From the NCBI GenBank assembly GCA_013239625.1, contig MU053379.1, forward strand, positions 1,358,974 to 1,422,973: DNA of 64,000 bases, in the 5' to 3' direction. A program made the position numbers and the translations under genes. Positions 62,144 through 64,000 of the stretch are shown here, in pieces (position 1 is the first letter of the stretch; each line of letters begins with the position of its first letter). The DNA is from Lama guanicoe. Its lineage: Eukaryota. The notes below the pieces were generated by a model. It saw only the letters and a list, made by a program, of their open reading frames with translations, was not told where the DNA came from and searched no databases.

Positions 62144-63058
62144 TTTTTTTTTTTTTACATAATATTTTTATTGAAGTATAGTCAACTTACAATGTTGTGT
62201 TAGTTTCTGGTGTACAGCATAATGCTTCAGTCAGACGTGAACATGCATGTATTCATTTTCATATTCTTTTTCACCGTAAATTGCTAGATATTGAATATAG
62301 TTTCCTGCTTTATACACTATGAACTTGTTTATCTATTCTATGTATGTCAGTACCTGCAAATCTTGAACTCCCAATTTATCCCTTCCTCTCTCCTCCCCTC
62401 TGTCCGGTAACCACAAGTTCGTTCTCTATGTCTGAGAGCCTGTTTCTGTTTTGCAAGTAACTTCGTCTGTCTTTTTTTTTTTTAAGATTCCTCATATAAA
62501 TGATATCATATGATATTTTTCTTTATCTTCCTGGCTTACTTTCATGTAGTATGACCATCTCCAGGTCCATCCATGTTGCTGTAAATGGCATTATTTTATT
62601 ATTGTTTATGGCTGAGTGGTATTCCATTATATAAATATACCACAGCTTCTTTATCCAGTCATTTGTCAATGGGCATTTATGTTGTTTCCATGTCTTGGCT
62701 ATTGTAAATAGTGCTGCTATGAACATTGGTGTGCATGTGTCTTTTTGAATTAAGTTTCCCTCCAGATAAATGCCCAGGAGTGGGATTGCAGGATCATATG
62801 GTACATCTATTTTTAGTCTTTTGAGGAATCTCCACTGTTTTCCATAGTGGCTGCAGCAAACTCCATTCCCACCAGCAGTGTAGGAGGGTTCCCTTTTCTC
62901 TACAGCCTCTCCAGCATTTATCATTTGTGAACTTCTGAATGATGGCCGTTCTGACTGGTGTGAGGTGATACCTCATTGTAGTTTTGATTTGCAGTTCTCT
63001 GATAATTAGCAATATTGAGCATATTTCCATGTGCCTGTTGGCCATCTGTTTGTCTTCA
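62144..63058 (-). mobile_element. 5'-truncated lineage L1 (ORF2 C-terminus plus 3'UTR, poly-A)
   Basis: ORF 62523-62924(-) has PYDPAIPLLGIY...CTPMFIAALFTIAKTWKQ; T-run at ~62144-62156; possible TSD GTGGCCT(C/T)G on both sides. Confidence 0.92.
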
Positions 63059-63769
63059 CTGGTGGCCTTGTTTTTATTTCCGCGTCCCCAGCTCCGGGGA
63101 GTGATGTGTCTGACACGGAGGACCCCAAGCCGTGGTTCTGCCTGGGAGCGCTTTTGATTTCACTGAGGCCAGAGGCCACTGCTGACTGTTGTGCCATTGC
63201 TGGGTCATGAAACCTTCGGGGAATAAGTACAATTTCTATGAAATTTTGTTTCCAAATCCAAACTAGATCTGGCCTTATGCTCTGTGGAGTCTTTTTTTTT
63301 TCTTTTCTTTCATTTCAGATTGCCCCTTTGCCCCTTCTTTTTCTCCTGGGACTAGTCTCTTATTGTCATTTTTAAAATTTCATGCCATTATTGTCTTACC
63401 TGGAAAGTACCAGGTTAGAAATGTTATTTTTCATTAGTAGGTTTTTATAATATTCCTGGGTAGAAAGATATTTTTGTAGAAACGGTTCTTTTCCTGTCTT
63501 TTATTTTTCTCATGAGCCATAAAATAGCATTTTTGTATCACTTTCTGTTATGTATAAGACATAAAATCAATACCTTTTAAAAAATTAGAAGTTTAAGCAA
63601 AAGTTTAAGTTACATTCAAGTTGCTTTTGACAGTACTCTCTCATTCCCAGAGCTAATACCATTAATAAGCTTTATGAGTTTTCTTCTAGACTTTATAAAA
63701 ATACATTTACTTACACATACTGATAGGAAATATACGTGGTATCTCTGAGTGTGTTTATGTGCTTATGTT

Positions 63770-64000
63770 ATATTATTTAAAAAAACTGTAAAATATACAT
63801 AATATAAAACTTACCATTTTAATCAGTTTATTGTTTTCGTGAGTACAATTCAGTGCCATTAAGGACATTAACATTGTTTTGCGTTGCCACCACCTTCTAT
63901 CTCCAGACCTTTTTCATCTTCCTAGACCGATACTCTGCCCATTAAACACTAACCCCCTTTCCCCTCCTCCCAGCCCCTGGTAACCAGTCTTTTTGTCTCT
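63770..64000 (-). mobile_element. L1MB-type 3' end, antisense; runs off the window
   Basis: ATATACATAATATAAAACTTACCATTTTAA...GTACAATTCAGTG...CCCAGCCCCTGGTAACCA. Confidence 0.75.

Noticed and set aside
54703..64000. DTD1 exon 5 and stop codon
   Set aside because: No sequence encoding the expected K/E-rich C-terminus was seen; it presumably lies beyond the window.

Overview
Mammalian genomic DNA, most likely camelid (many short tRNA-derived Vic-1-type SINEs). Gene order on the + strand matches the SEC23B-SMIM26-DTD1 block of human 20p11: SEC23B last coding exon (5924-6013), the complete two-exon microprotein gene SMIM26 (14366-15530, 94 aa) and DTD1 coding exons 1-4 (26444-54702; the rest lies beyond the window). 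The remainder is intron/intergenic DNA rich in L1, L2, MIR, LTR and DNA-transposon remnants. Most ORF-track entries are chance ORFs or repeat-derived. I found no convincing new multi-gene system. The notable items are retrotransposition and rearrangement events: (1) a full-length ATG13 processed pseudogene with TSDs nested inside an L1; (2) a ~1.09 kb unrecognised insertion flanked by a perfect 16-bp TSD; (3) an ORF1-only L1 derivative apparently carrying a 3' transduction; (4) an apparently identical 2332-bp tandem duplication in DTD1 intron 3; (5) a sharp GC3/CpG spike at DTD1 exon 3. Gene and repeat names come from recalled sequences, not from searches, and repeat boundaries are approximate.
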